NCBI GenBank assembly: GCA_963779415.1 | Contig: CAVZYA010000001.1 | Span: 1,440,001-1,504,000, forward strand | DNA length: 64,000 bases | Direction of reading: 5' to 3' | From: an uncultured Acidobacteriota bacterium | Lineage (GTDB): Bacteria > Acidobacteriota > Thermoanaerobaculia > UBA5066 | In this document: one piece after another, positions 51,245-60,056 of the stretch | How the letters are laid out: the number at the start of each line of letters is the position of its first letter | Position numbering within the stretch: position 1 is the stretch's first letter | The notes under the pieces: model-generated | The model's input: only the letters and a program-made list of their open reading frames with translations | The model's database searches: none | Told to the model about the DNA's origin: nothing | Translations under genes and position numbers: made by a program

Positions 51245-51311
51245 GCACTTCGGATCGTAGCGCGAGGGGGCCGTTTGACCCTCCCCTTCCGTTCCGGCAA
51301 CATCCGCCGCC

Positions 51312-52230
51312 GTGACAGCCGGCGAGAGCCTTTCCCGCGCTCCCGGAGTCCGGATCGGCATCCCGGTCCAGCGCCCGACGTCGTGGTGGCTCGACATCCT
51401 GAAGCGCCGGGCCGCGAAGATGTACGAGGAGAAGCTCGACCTCTCGAAGCCGGTCACGTTCTCGTCGGACGAAGAGCGGAAGGCCTGCATCGCCTTTTTC
51501 AACGCCGCGTACCGGGCGGAGGAGTCGGGCCTTGCCGGAGCGCACAAGCTGGCCGCCGAGGTGCGGGAGTGGGACCCGGAGCTGGCCGAGTGCCTCGTCC
51601 TCTACGGGAACGAGGAGGGGTGGCACCGCGAGCTTCTGGAGGAGTTCCTCCGACACATCGGCGGCGGCGTGACCCCGATGGGATGGATGGTCGGCTCCTT
51701 TTACAGGACGTACGGAAAGGCGGAGCGGATGGAGTCGATCATGCTCACGAACCTGATGTTCGAGACGATCGGCGCCACGACGTACCGCCTCTCCCTCCGG
51801 GACGTTTCACAGCCCCTCCCCCGGCAGGTGCTGAAGATCCTGACGCGCGACGAGTCGTTCCACATACCGCTCAACGTCCATTTCATCCGGGAAATCCTCA
51901 AGAGGCACCCGGAGCGCAGCCGGTTGCGCCTCAAGGCCATCTACCAGGTCGTCTTTCACTCGCTCGTCCTGATGTCGTACGGAAGCCGGAAGGTCGCCCG
52001 GGAGTTCGACCACGTCACACCGAGGGAGCTGACGACGGCCTACGTCGAGAACCTCGGGCGGCTCTTCGCCCACGAAGCCGACCTCGACTTCCGGCCGCCC
52101 GAGGCATCTCCTCCGCGCCTACGGCATCAGCGACGCGAAGCTGGCCGCAGACGACGGCCCGAGCGCCATCTCCGTGGAGGCCGCCGAAAACGCCGCCCGA
52201 CGGGAGAAAGTCGAGGTCACGGCGCTCTGA
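51312..52230 (+). CDS. Ferritin-like diiron carboxylate protein; frameshift near 52100
   Basis: Ligand pattern 'AEESG..NEEGWH..MFE..RDESFH'. Removing one C gives the C-terminus 'RHLLRAYGISD..VEVTAL*'. Confidence 0.78.
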
Positions 52231-52314
52231 GCCGAGGGGCAAGCCGTACGGGATAAAGCAGTTGCACCATATCCGCCGCAGAGAGAAGAGCGGATAGTCT
52301 CGCGGCCTCGAAGG

Positions 52315-55305
52315 ATGGGGGGAATCTTGTATCAGATCGTCAAGCGCGAACAGTTCTCCGATGTGACCTTTCTCTGGGATGTTCACGCGCCGGACGTGGC
52401 GAACGCGGCGCGGCCGGGCCACTTCGTCATGGTCCGTCTTCGCGACGGGGGCGAGCGGATTCCCCTCACCATCGCCGACTACGACCGGGACTGGGGGACC
52501 GTGACCATCGTCGTCCAGGCTCTCGGCAAGACGACCCGGGAAATGATGCGGGACTTCAAGGAGGGCGACACCTTCTCCGACTTCGTCGGGCCGCTCGGCC
52601 TCGAGAGCCACATCGGGAAGGTGGGACACGTCGTCCTCGTCGGCGGCGGCCTCGGCGTGGCGCCGGTCTTCCCGCAGCTTCGCGCTTTCAAGGAGGCCGG
52701 CAACCGGACGACGGGGATCATCGGCTTCCGGTCGAAGGAGCTCGTCTTCTGGGAAGACCGGTTCCGGCGCTACTGCGACGACCTGATCGTCTGCACGGAC
52801 GACGGCTCGTACGGCAAGCCCGGCTTCGTGACCGTCGCGCTGAAGGAGCTGATCGAGAAGGAGAAGCCCGACCTCGTCGTCGCGATCGGGCCCCTCCCGA
52901 TGATGCGCGCCTGCTCCGAGGTGACCCGCCCCGCCGGCATCAGGACGATGGTCTCGCTGAACGCGATCATGGTGGACGGGACCGGGATGTGCGGCTCCTG
53001 CCGCGTCTCGATCGGTGGCGAGACGAAGTTCGCCTGCGTGGACGGGCCCGACTTCGACGGACACCTCGTCGACTTCCCCGAGCTTCAGAACCGGCAGGAG
53101 CGCTTCAAGTCGCAGGAGGCGGTGGCCTCGAAGGACTTCGAGAAGGTCTGCTCCATCGAGACGCAGCTCTTCGAGCTGAACAAGCGGAACTACAAGAAGT
53201 TCAAGCAGCTGGCGGAGCACGCCACGAAGATGCCGGAGCGAGACGCCGGAGAGCGTTCCCGCAACTTCGAAGAGGTGAACCTCGGCTACACGATGGCCGA
53301 CGCCCTCGTCGAGGCCGACCGGTGCATTCAGTGCACGGTGCCGACCTGCATCGCGGGCTGCCCCGTGGCCATCGACATCCCCCGCTTCATCCGCCACCTC
53401 CTCATCCGCGACCTCCCGGGCGCGCTCGCCGTCATCCAGGAGACCAACCTCTTTCCGTCCGTCTGCGGCCGCGTCTGCCCTCAAGAGACGCAGTGCGAGA
53501 TCCAGTGCGTCCTCGAGAAGAAGATGGAGCCGGTGGCCATCGGGCGCCTCGAGCGCTTCGTCGGCGATCACGCCCCGCTTCCCGAGATCCATCCCCCCGC
53601 AAACGCCGGCCAGCTCGGGCGAGTGGCCATCGTCGGCTCCGGCCCCGCCGGCCTCGCCTGCGCGGGGGACATCGCCCGCAAGGGAGCGGACGTCACGATC
53701 TACGAGGCGCTCCACGTCATCGGCGGCGTCCTGAACTACGGCATCCCGTCGTTCCGGCTGCCGCGGACGACGATCGAGCGCGAAGTGAGCGCCCTCAGGA
53801 AGCTCGGCGTGAAGATCGAGACGAACAAGGTCATCGGAAAGACCTTCACGATCCCGCAGCTTCTCGGTGAGATGAAGTACGACGCCGTCTTCATCGGGAC
53901 GGGCGCCGGCTTCCCCACCTTCCTCGGCATCCCCGGCGAGCAGGCGCGGCAGGTCTACAGCGCCAACGAGTTCCTCACCCGCGTCAACCTGATGGGAGGG
54001 GACCGTTTCCCCTTCGAGGACACGCCCGTGGCGATCGGGAAGAGAGTCGTCGTCCTCGGCGCCGGGAACACGGCGATGGACTGCCTCCGCGTCTCCCGGC
54101 GGCTCGGGGCGGAGGAGGTCCACTGCCTCTACCGCCGGACGGAGGCCGAGGCCCCCTGCCGAGTCGAGGAGCTGCGCCACGCCAAGGAGGAAGGGATCCA
54201 CTTCCACTGGCTGATGAGCCCCACGGAGATCCGGACCGACGACAAGGGGAACGTCCAGGCGATCGTCGTCCAGAAGATGGAGCTGGGCGAGCCGGACAAG
54301 TCGGGGCGGCGCCGTCCGGTCCCGATCAAGGACGCCTACGAGACCTTCGAGTGCGAGACGGTCATCTATGCGCTCGGGACACGCGCCAATCCCGTCATCT
54401 CGCGGACGACGCCGAACCTCTCGGTCCGCGGCGAGGGGTACATCAACGTCGACCCGAAGACCCAGGCGGCCTCGATCCCGGGCATCTTCGCCGGCGGCGA
54501 CATCGTCACCGGCGGCGCGACGGTCATCCTCGCGCTCGGCGCGGGGCGGCGGGCCGCCAAGGCAATCGAGAAGTACCTGAAGACGCGGGAGTGGCCGGTC
54601 GTTCTCGAGGAAGAGGCCGCACCGGCCCGCCGCGCGGCGCCGAAGGTCGTCGTCGAGGCGGCTTGCCCGAAGTGCCAGCGCCCGTTCGAGCCGGGAGACG
54701 ACGAGCACATCTGCTGCGCGGGCGAGACGATCGTCTGGACCTGCGAGAGCTGCCAGAAGGTCTCCGAAGGCTTCGCGTTCCCCTACGGGCTCTGCCCCGC
54801 CTGCGGCGGCAAGCTGACGCCGGGGCACGACACGAAGGTGGAGTCCGAGGCGGCCGTGATCGCGGTCCGGCAGGCCTTCGAGATCGAGCTGGGGGGCCTC
54901 TCCTTCTACGCGCGGGGCGCCGACGAGATGGAGGCGAAGGACCCGGACCTCGCAAGGCTCTTCCGCGACCTCTCGGAGATGGAGCGGGGGCACATGGACA
55001 CCCTTTCGCGCCGCTACCACATCGCGGTGCCCGAGGGAGCCGTCACGAAGAATCTCTCACCGGCCCAGGTGGCCGTCTTCGCCGGAGCCGAGATGAAGGA
55101 CCTGTCCGGGGCCGCGCTGCTCCGTCTCGCCGTCCATCTCGAGAAGCGGGCGCGGAGCTTCTTCCTCGAGGCCGGCGGGCAGTTCCCGGCCGGCTCTCCC
55201 GAGTGGAAGCTCTACCGCGAGCTGGAGGCCGAGGAGCGCGAGCACGTCGACCTCCTCACCACCGCCCTCGCCCGCCATCTCGCCGAGAAACCGATGGTCG
55301 TGTAG
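52315..55305 (+). CDS. Fused NfnA-NfnB (SudB-SudA/GltD-like) flavo-FeS oxidoreductase + Cys8 metal module + rubrerythrin-like domain
   Basis: 'ERIPLTIAD', 'GGGLG', 'DGTGMCGSC..CVDGP' [2Fe-2S]; 'CIQC..CIAGC' and 'CGRVCPQETQCE' [4Fe-4S]; 'GSGPAG', 'GAGNTAMD'; CPKC/CC/CESC/CPAC; 'EIE..EMERGH..LE..EEREH'. Confidence 0.92.
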   Translation: MGGILYQIVKREQFSDVTFLWDVHAPDVANAARPGHFVMVRLRDGGERIPLTIADYDRDWGTVTIVVQALGKTTREMMRDFKEGDTFSDFVGPLGLESHIGKVGHVVLVGGGLGVAPVFPQLRAFKEAGNRTTGIIGFRSKELVFWEDRFRRYCDDLIVCTDDGSYGKPGFVTVALKELIEKEKPDLVVAIGPLPMMRACSEVTRPAGIRTMVSLNAIMVDGTGMCGSCRVSIGGETKFACVDGPDFDGHLVDFPELQNRQERFKSQEAVASKDFEKVCSIETQLFELNKRNYKKFKQLAEHATKMPERDAGERSRNFEEVNLGYTMADALVEADRCIQCTVPTCIAGCPVAIDIPRFIRHLLIRDLPGALAVIQETNLFPSVCGRVCPQETQCEIQCVLEKKMEPVAIGRLERFVGDHAPLPEIHPPANAGQLGRVAIVGSGPAGLACAGDIARKGADVTIYEALHVIGGVLNYGIPSFRLPRTTIEREVSALRKLGVKIETNKVIGKTFTIPQLLGEMKYDAVFIGTGAGFPTFLGIPGEQARQVYSANEFLTRVNLMGGDRFPFEDTPVAIGKRVVVLGAGNTAMDCLRVSRRLGAEEVHCLYRRTEAEAPCRVEELRHAKEEGIHFHWLMSPTEIRTDDKGNVQAIVVQKMELGEPDKSGRRRPVPIKDAYETFECETVIYALGTRANPVISRTTPNLSVRGEGYINVDPKTQAASIPGIFAGGDIVTGGATVILALGAGRRAAKAIEKYLKTREWPVVLEEEAAPARRAAPKVVVEAACPKCQRPFEPGDDEHICCAGETIVWTCESCQKVSEGFAFPYGLCPACGGKLTPGHDTKVESEAAVIAVRQAFEIELGGLSFYARGADEMEAKDPDLARLFRDLSEMERGHMDTLSRRYHIAVPEGAVTKNLSPAQVAVFAGAEMKDLSGAALLRLAVHLEKRARSFFLEAGGQFPAGSPEWKLYRELEAEEREHVDLLTTALARHLAEKPMVV

Positions 55306-55331
55306 TCCCAAGGACGCTTCCGGGGCGTAGT

Positions 55332-55364
55332 TTGACTTCCCCGAGACATGGACTAAGCTTAGTC
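55332..55364 (+). promoter_or_regulatory. TA promoter TTGACT-16-TAAGCT with perfect palindromic operator GACTAAGCTTAGTC
   Basis: The palindrome at 55351-55364 overlaps the -10 box, as expected for TA autorepression. Confidence 0.7.
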
Positions 55365-55383
55365 TAGTCTGATGAGAGTCCGT

Positions 55384-55638
55384 ATGCGCATGGTCAACAT
55401 CCACGAAGCCAAGACCCACCTCTCCCGGCTCGTCGAGGACGCGGCGGGGGGCGACGAGATCGTCATTGCGAAGGCGGGGCGCCCGGTCGCGCGGCTCGTC
55501 CCCGTCAAGCCGGGCGGAAAGAGCCGGAAGCTCGGCTTCCTCGCGGGGAAGCTCAAAGTGCCGGAAGCGCTCGACGCCCCGCTGCCCGAGGACGTCCTAG
55601 AGGAGTTCGAGGGGGGCGGCATTGCGCCTTCTCGTTGA
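55384..55638 (+). CDS. Phd/YefM family antitoxin
   Basis: 'VNIHEAKTHLSRLVE..GDEIVIAKAGRPVARLVP'. Confidence 0.93.
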   Translation: MRMVNIHEAKTHLSRLVEDAAGGDEIVIAKAGRPVARLVPVKPGGKSRKLGFLAGKLKVPEALDAPLPEDVLEEFEGGGIAPSR

Positions 55639-56011
55639 TACGCACGTCCTCCTCTGGGCGGCGGCCGAGCCGGAGCGGCTCCCCCCTACCGTGCGCCGCC
55701 GACTCGAATCGCTCGAGAACGAGGTCCTCTTCTCGGCGGCGAGCATCTGGGAGCTGGCGATCAAGCTCCAGATCGGTCGGATCACGCTCGGGGTCGAGCC
55801 CGAGGAACTTGCCGAGGTAGCCGTCCGCCGGGGATTCGCCGAGCTTCCGGTGACCTCCGCTCACGCCGCCGCCGTCCGGCGCCTCCCCCTCCACCACCGG
55901 GACCCATTCGACCGTCTTCTCGTCGCTCAGGCCCAGCACGAGCCCGCCCGGCTCCTGACCGCGGACCGCGCCCTGGCACGGTACGGCGCGTTCGTCGAGG
56001 TCATCGCATGA
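55622..56011 (+). CDS. vapC: VapC family PIN toxin
   Basis: 'LLVDTHVLLW', 'SIWELAIK', 'HHRDPFDRLLVAQA', 'LLTAD'. Confidence 0.93.
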   Translation: MRLLVDTHVLLWAAAEPERLPPTVRRRLESLENEVLFSAASIWELAIKLQIGRITLGVEPEELAEVAVRRGFAELPVTSAHAAAVRRLPLHHRDPFDRLLVAQAQHEPARLLTADRALARYGAFVEVIA

Positions 56012-57384
56012 AGCCCTTCCGGACGATCATCGAGCCGTTCCGGATCAAGTCGGTGGAGCCTCTGCGCTTCACCCACCGGGACGAGCGGGAGGCGGCGCTG
56101 CGCGAGGCGGGCTGGAACGTCTTCTGCCTTCACGCGGACGACGTCCTGATCGATCTCCTGACAGACTCGGGAACCGGCGCCATGTCGTCGGCCCAGTGGG
56201 GGGCCCTGATTCAGGGGGACGAGTCGTACGCGGGAAGCCGGTCGTTCTACCGCTTTCGCGACGTGGTCAAGGACCTGACAGGCTACGAGCACATCATCCC
56301 GACGCACCAGGGACGGGCGGCCGAGCGGATCCTCTTCCACACGATCCTGAAGCCCGGAGAGGTCGTCCCGAACAACAACCACTTCGACACGACGCGCGCC
56401 AACATCGAGGTGGAAAAAGCCGAGGCGCGCGACCTCGTCATCCCCGAGGGGAAGGTCCCGTCGGCGCTCCATCCCTTCAAGGGGAACATGGACCTCGCCG
56501 TCCTGGAAAGGACGCTGGCCGAGGAGGGAGAGCGCATCCCCCTCGTCATGGTCACCGTCACGAACAACTCGGGGGGCGGGCAGCCGGTCTCGATGGAGAA
56601 CCTGCGCGGCGTCCGTGCGCTCTGCGATCGGTACAAAAAGCCCTTCTTCCTCGACGCCTGCCGCTTCGCCGAGAATTCGTATTTCATCAAGCTCCGCGAA
56701 CCGGGTTACGCCGGGAAGAGCCCGAAGTCGATCGCGAAGGAGATGTTCTCCCTGGCCGACGGCTGCACGATGTCGGCCAAGAAGGACGGTCTCGCGAACA
56801 TCGGCGGTTTCCTCGCGATGAACGACGACCGGTGGGCCGAGAGCTGCCGGAACCTACTGATCCTGACCGAGGGCTTCCCGACGTACGGCGGCCTCGCTGG
56901 ATACGACCTCGAGGCGATCGCGCGCGGGCTCGAGGAGGTCGTCGAGGAGCCGTATCTCCGGTACCGCCTCCGCTCGACGGCCTACCTCGCCGAGAAGATC
57001 GACGCGGCGGGGGTCCCGACGATCAAGCCGGCCGGGGGCCACGCCGTCTACCTCGACGCGCGGGCTCTCCTCCCGCAGATCCCGCCACTCCACTATCCCG
57101 GCATCGCCCTCACGAACGCGCTCTACGTAGAAGGGGGGATCCGCGGCGTCGAGATCGGGACGGTGATGTTCGGCCTTCACCCCGACGGGAACGAGACGCC
57201 GGCCGCGATGGACCTCGTCCGGCTCGCCATTCCCCGCCGCGTCTACACGCAGTCGCACATCGACTACGTGGCGGAGGTGGTCCTCATGGTCGCCGCGAAG
57301 AAGGAGACCCTCCGCGGCTACCGGATCGCCTCGGCTCCGAAGGTCCTCCGCCACTTCACGGCGACCTTCGAGCCGCTCGGCTGA
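56008..57384 (+). CDS. tnaA: Tryptophanase
   Basis: 'EPFRIKSVE', 'IDLLTDSGT', PLP lysine in 'MSAKKD'. Residues 'HFDTT', 'VEIG' and 'LRHFTA' match TnaA rather than tyrosine phenol-lyase (FTTT/ERG/RFF). Confidence 0.88.
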   Translation: MKPFRTIIEPFRIKSVEPLRFTHRDEREAALREAGWNVFCLHADDVLIDLLTDSGTGAMSSAQWGALIQGDESYAGSRSFYRFRDVVKDLTGYEHIIPTHQGRAAERILFHTILKPGEVVPNNNHFDTTRANIEVEKAEARDLVIPEGKVPSALHPFKGNMDLAVLERTLAEEGERIPLVMVTVTNNSGGGQPVSMENLRGVRALCDRYKKPFFLDACRFAENSYFIKLREPGYAGKSPKSIAKEMFSLADGCTMSAKKDGLANIGGFLAMNDDRWAESCRNLLILTEGFPTYGGLAGYDLEAIARGLEEVVEEPYLRYRLRSTAYLAEKIDAAGVPTIKPAGGHAVYLDARALLPQIPPLHYPGIALTNALYVEGGIRGVEIGTVMFGLHPDGNETPAAMDLVRLAIPRRVYTQSHIDYVAEVVLMVAAKKETLRGYRIASAPKVLRHFTATFEPLG

Positions 57385-57441
57385 GACGCCGTCTCCCGCC
57401 GCTTTTCTCCTTGCGGCAGAATAGGCGGGGAGGAGTTCGCA

Positions 57442-58119
57442 ATGGGTGAGAAGGTCTCGTTCGCGTCCAACGGCCATACGTGCGAGGGGTACCTCGCGAA
57501 GCCCGCCCTCGGGAAGGGGCCGGGGGTCGTCGTGATCCAGGAGTGGTGGGGGCTTGTGCCCCACATCATGGACATCTGCGACCGGTTCGCGAAGGAGGGC
57601 TTCGTCGCCATCGCCCCCGATCTCTACCACGGACAGACGACGACGGCGCCCGACGAGGCCGGACGCCTCCTGATGGAGCTGGACGTGGAACGCGCCAGCG
57701 CTGAGATCGCCGGCGCCGGGGCCTTCGTCCTCTCCCGGCCGGAGTGCTCCTCGAAAAGCTTCGGCGTGGTCGGCTTCTGCATGGGCGGGGCTCTCGCGCA
57801 GTACGCGGCGACGACGAACGACAAGGTCGGCGCGGCGGTCAGCTTCTACGGCGGCTTCAGGAAGGTGCCGATCCGCCTCGAGAACCTGAAGGCCCCGGCC
57901 CTGCTCATCTACGGAGAGCGGGACGAGAGCGTCCCGGCCGCGGACGCCGCTCCGCTCGAGAAGAAACTCCGGGAGATGGGGAAGCAGGTGGAGACCGTGA
58001 TCTACCGGGGCGCCCCGCACGCCTTCTTCAACGACTCGCGGCCGCAGGTCTACCGCGAGGAGTGCGCCCGGGACGCCTGGAACCGGACTGTCGACCTCTT
58101 CAAGAAGCACGTCCGGTGA
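57442..58119 (+). CDS. Dienelactone hydrolase family protein
   Basis: 'QEWWGL', 'APDLY', 'GFCMGG', 'HAFFND'. Confidence 0.93.
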   Translation: MGEKVSFASNGHTCEGYLAKPALGKGPGVVVIQEWWGLVPHIMDICDRFAKEGFVAIAPDLYHGQTTTAPDEAGRLLMELDVERASAEIAGAGAFVLSRPECSSKSFGVVGFCMGGALAQYAATTNDKVGAAVSFYGGFRKVPIRLENLKAPALLIYGERDESVPAADAAPLEKKLREMGKQVETVIYRGAPHAFFNDSRPQVYREECARDAWNRTVDLFKKHVR

Positions 58120-60053
58120 CCGTCCACCGGACCGTCTGCAACCGCGACTGCCCGGACGCCTGCGGGCTCCTCGTCACCGTCGAGGAGGGGAAGGTCGTCC
58201 GGGTGGGAGGGGATCCGGAGCATCCGGTGACGCAGGGATTCCTCTGCTCCCGGACCTCGCAGTTCCCCGCGCGGCAGAATTCCCCGGACCGCATCACGAC
58301 GCCGCTCCGGAAGACCGCCTCCGGATTCGTCCCGGTATCCTGGGAAGAGGCTCTCGGCACGATCGCGGAGCGGCTTCTCGCGATCCGCGCCGAGTCGGGG
58401 CCGGCGGCGATCCTCCATTACCGGTCGGGCGGATCGCTCGGCGTCCTGAAGTACGTCGTCGACCTCTTCTGGGAGTCGTTCGGCCCGGTCACGGTGAAGC
58501 GCGGCGACATCTGCTCGGGAGCGGGCGACGCGGCACAGGAGACCGACTTCGGCCACGAGGATTCGCACGACCTCTTCGACCTTCTGAACTCGAAGAACAT
58601 CCTCCTCTGGGGGAAGAACCCGAACGTCTCGAACGTTCACCTCCTCCCCCTGCTTCAGAAAGCGAAGAGAGCGGGGGCACGGATCCTCCTCGTCGATCCC
58701 GTCCGGCACAAGGGGGAGAAGCTCGCGGACCGGACGATCCTCGTCCGCCCCGGCGGCGACTTCGACCTGGCGATGGGGGCCGCCGCGCTTCTCTTCGAAC
58801 GCAGCGAGACCGACCCGGACGCGCCGTCGTACTGCGACGGCTTCGGGGCGTTCCGGACGCTGGCCCTGTCGCGCTCCCCCGTGGCGTGGGCGCAGGCCGC
58901 CGACGTGAGCCTCGACGACGTCGGCGCGGTCGCCTCCGCGCTCGCCCGGAAGCCGTGCTCGATCCAGGTCGGCTGGGGGATGGGCCGACGAACCAACGGC
59001 TCCGCCATCGTCCGCGCCCTCGATGCGCTCGCCGGCGTGAGCGGCAACATCGGGATTGCCGGCGGCGGCGTCTCCTTCTATTTCAGGAGGCGCGGCGCCT
59101 TCGACACCTCCTTTCTCGCGAAGAAGCCGCCGCGGACCCTCTGCGAGCCGCTCCTCGGAGAGGAGATCCTTCGGGCGCGCGATCCCGTCGTCCGTGCCGT
59201 CTGGGTCACGGCGGGAAACCCGGTCGCCATGCTTCCCGACTCGGCGGCCGTCGCGCGCGCTCTCGAGTCGCGCGAGATGGTCGTCGTCGTCGACGCGTTC
59301 CTGACCGACACGGCGCACCGCGCGCATTTCGTCCTTCCGACGACGACGCTCGTGGAGGACGACGACCTCCTCGGGGCCTACGGACACCACTGGCTCGGCG
59401 TCTCCACCCCCGCCATCGCACCTCCCGAAAGCGTCCGATCCGACCTCGAGATCGTCCAAGCACTCGCAAAGGCCATCGACGAGAGAACGGGAATGAGCGA
59501 CCGGGAGATTTCTTCGAAAGTAAGAGGGACCGCACGGGAATGGAAGGAAAGGATGCTTTCCCGGGTCGTGCCGCACGGCATCACGCTGTCGATGCTCGAG
59601 CGCTCCTCCGTCCGCAACCCTTTCGCAGAAAAGGTCCTCTTCGCAGACCGTCGGTTCCCGACCGGTACCGGTCGGATGAGGCTGGTGAGTTCGCTGCCGC
59701 CTTCGCCTCCCGAAGAGCCGGGCTTCCCGCTCTGGCTCTTCTCGAACTCGACCGAGAAATCGCAAAGTTCCCAGTGGGCCGGGCCACCGCCGGAGATGCT
59801 GACCGCCACCTGCCATCCCGACGCGGCGAACGGATTCGCCGAGGGCGGGGTCGTCTTCCTCGAAAGCGCGCTGGGACGCCTCCGCGCGAGGCTGAAGCTC
59901 GATCCGTCCCAGCGCCGAGACGTCGTCATCGTCCCGAAGGGGGGACACTTCGACTCGGGCACTTCGGCCAACGCCCTCATTCGCGCCCGGACGACAGACG
60001 CCGGCGAAGGCGCTGCTTACCAGGACTGCCGCGTCCGGATCGTCGGAGCCTGA
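58116..60053 (+). CDS. Molybdopterin (bis-MGD, DMSO reductase superfamily) oxidoreductase
   Basis: GTG overlaps the upstream TGA; 'CNRDCPDAC..C' FeS motif; 'ICSGAG', 'WGKNP', 'DAFLTDTA'; no Tat signal. Confidence 0.88.
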   Translation: MTVHRTVCNRDCPDACGLLVTVEEGKVVRVGGDPEHPVTQGFLCSRTSQFPARQNSPDRITTPLRKTASGFVPVSWEEALGTIAERLLAIRAESGPAAILHYRSGGSLGVLKYVVDLFWESFGPVTVKRGDICSGAGDAAQETDFGHEDSHDLFDLLNSKNILLWGKNPNVSNVHLLPLLQKAKRAGARILLVDPVRHKGEKLADRTILVRPGGDFDLAMGAAALLFERSETDPDAPSYCDGFGAFRTLALSRSPVAWAQAADVSLDDVGAVASALARKPCSIQVGWGMGRRTNGSAIVRALDALAGVSGNIGIAGGGVSFYFRRRGAFDTSFLAKKPPRTLCEPLLGEEILRARDPVVRAVWVTAGNPVAMLPDSAAVARALESREMVVVVDAFLTDTAHRAHFVLPTTTLVEDDDLLGAYGHHWLGVSTPAIAPPESVRSDLEIVQALAKAIDERTGMSDREISSKVRGTAREWKERMLSRVVPHGITLSMLERSSVRNPFAEKVLFADRRFPTGTGRMRLVSSLPPSPPEEPGFPLWLFSNSTEKSQSSQWAGPPPEMLTATCHPDAANGFAEGGVVFLESALGRLRARLKLDPSQRRDVVIVPKGGHFDSGTSANALIRARTTDAGEGAAYQDCRVRIVGA

Positions 60054-60056
60054 GGG

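Noticed and set aside
52315-55305. Annotation as glutamate synthase (gltD/gltA) or PyrK
   Set aside because: No GltB or PyrD partner is in the window. The paired small and large modules match NfnAB/SudBA.
56008-57384. Tyrosine phenol-lyase
   Set aside because: The discriminating residues match tryptophanase.
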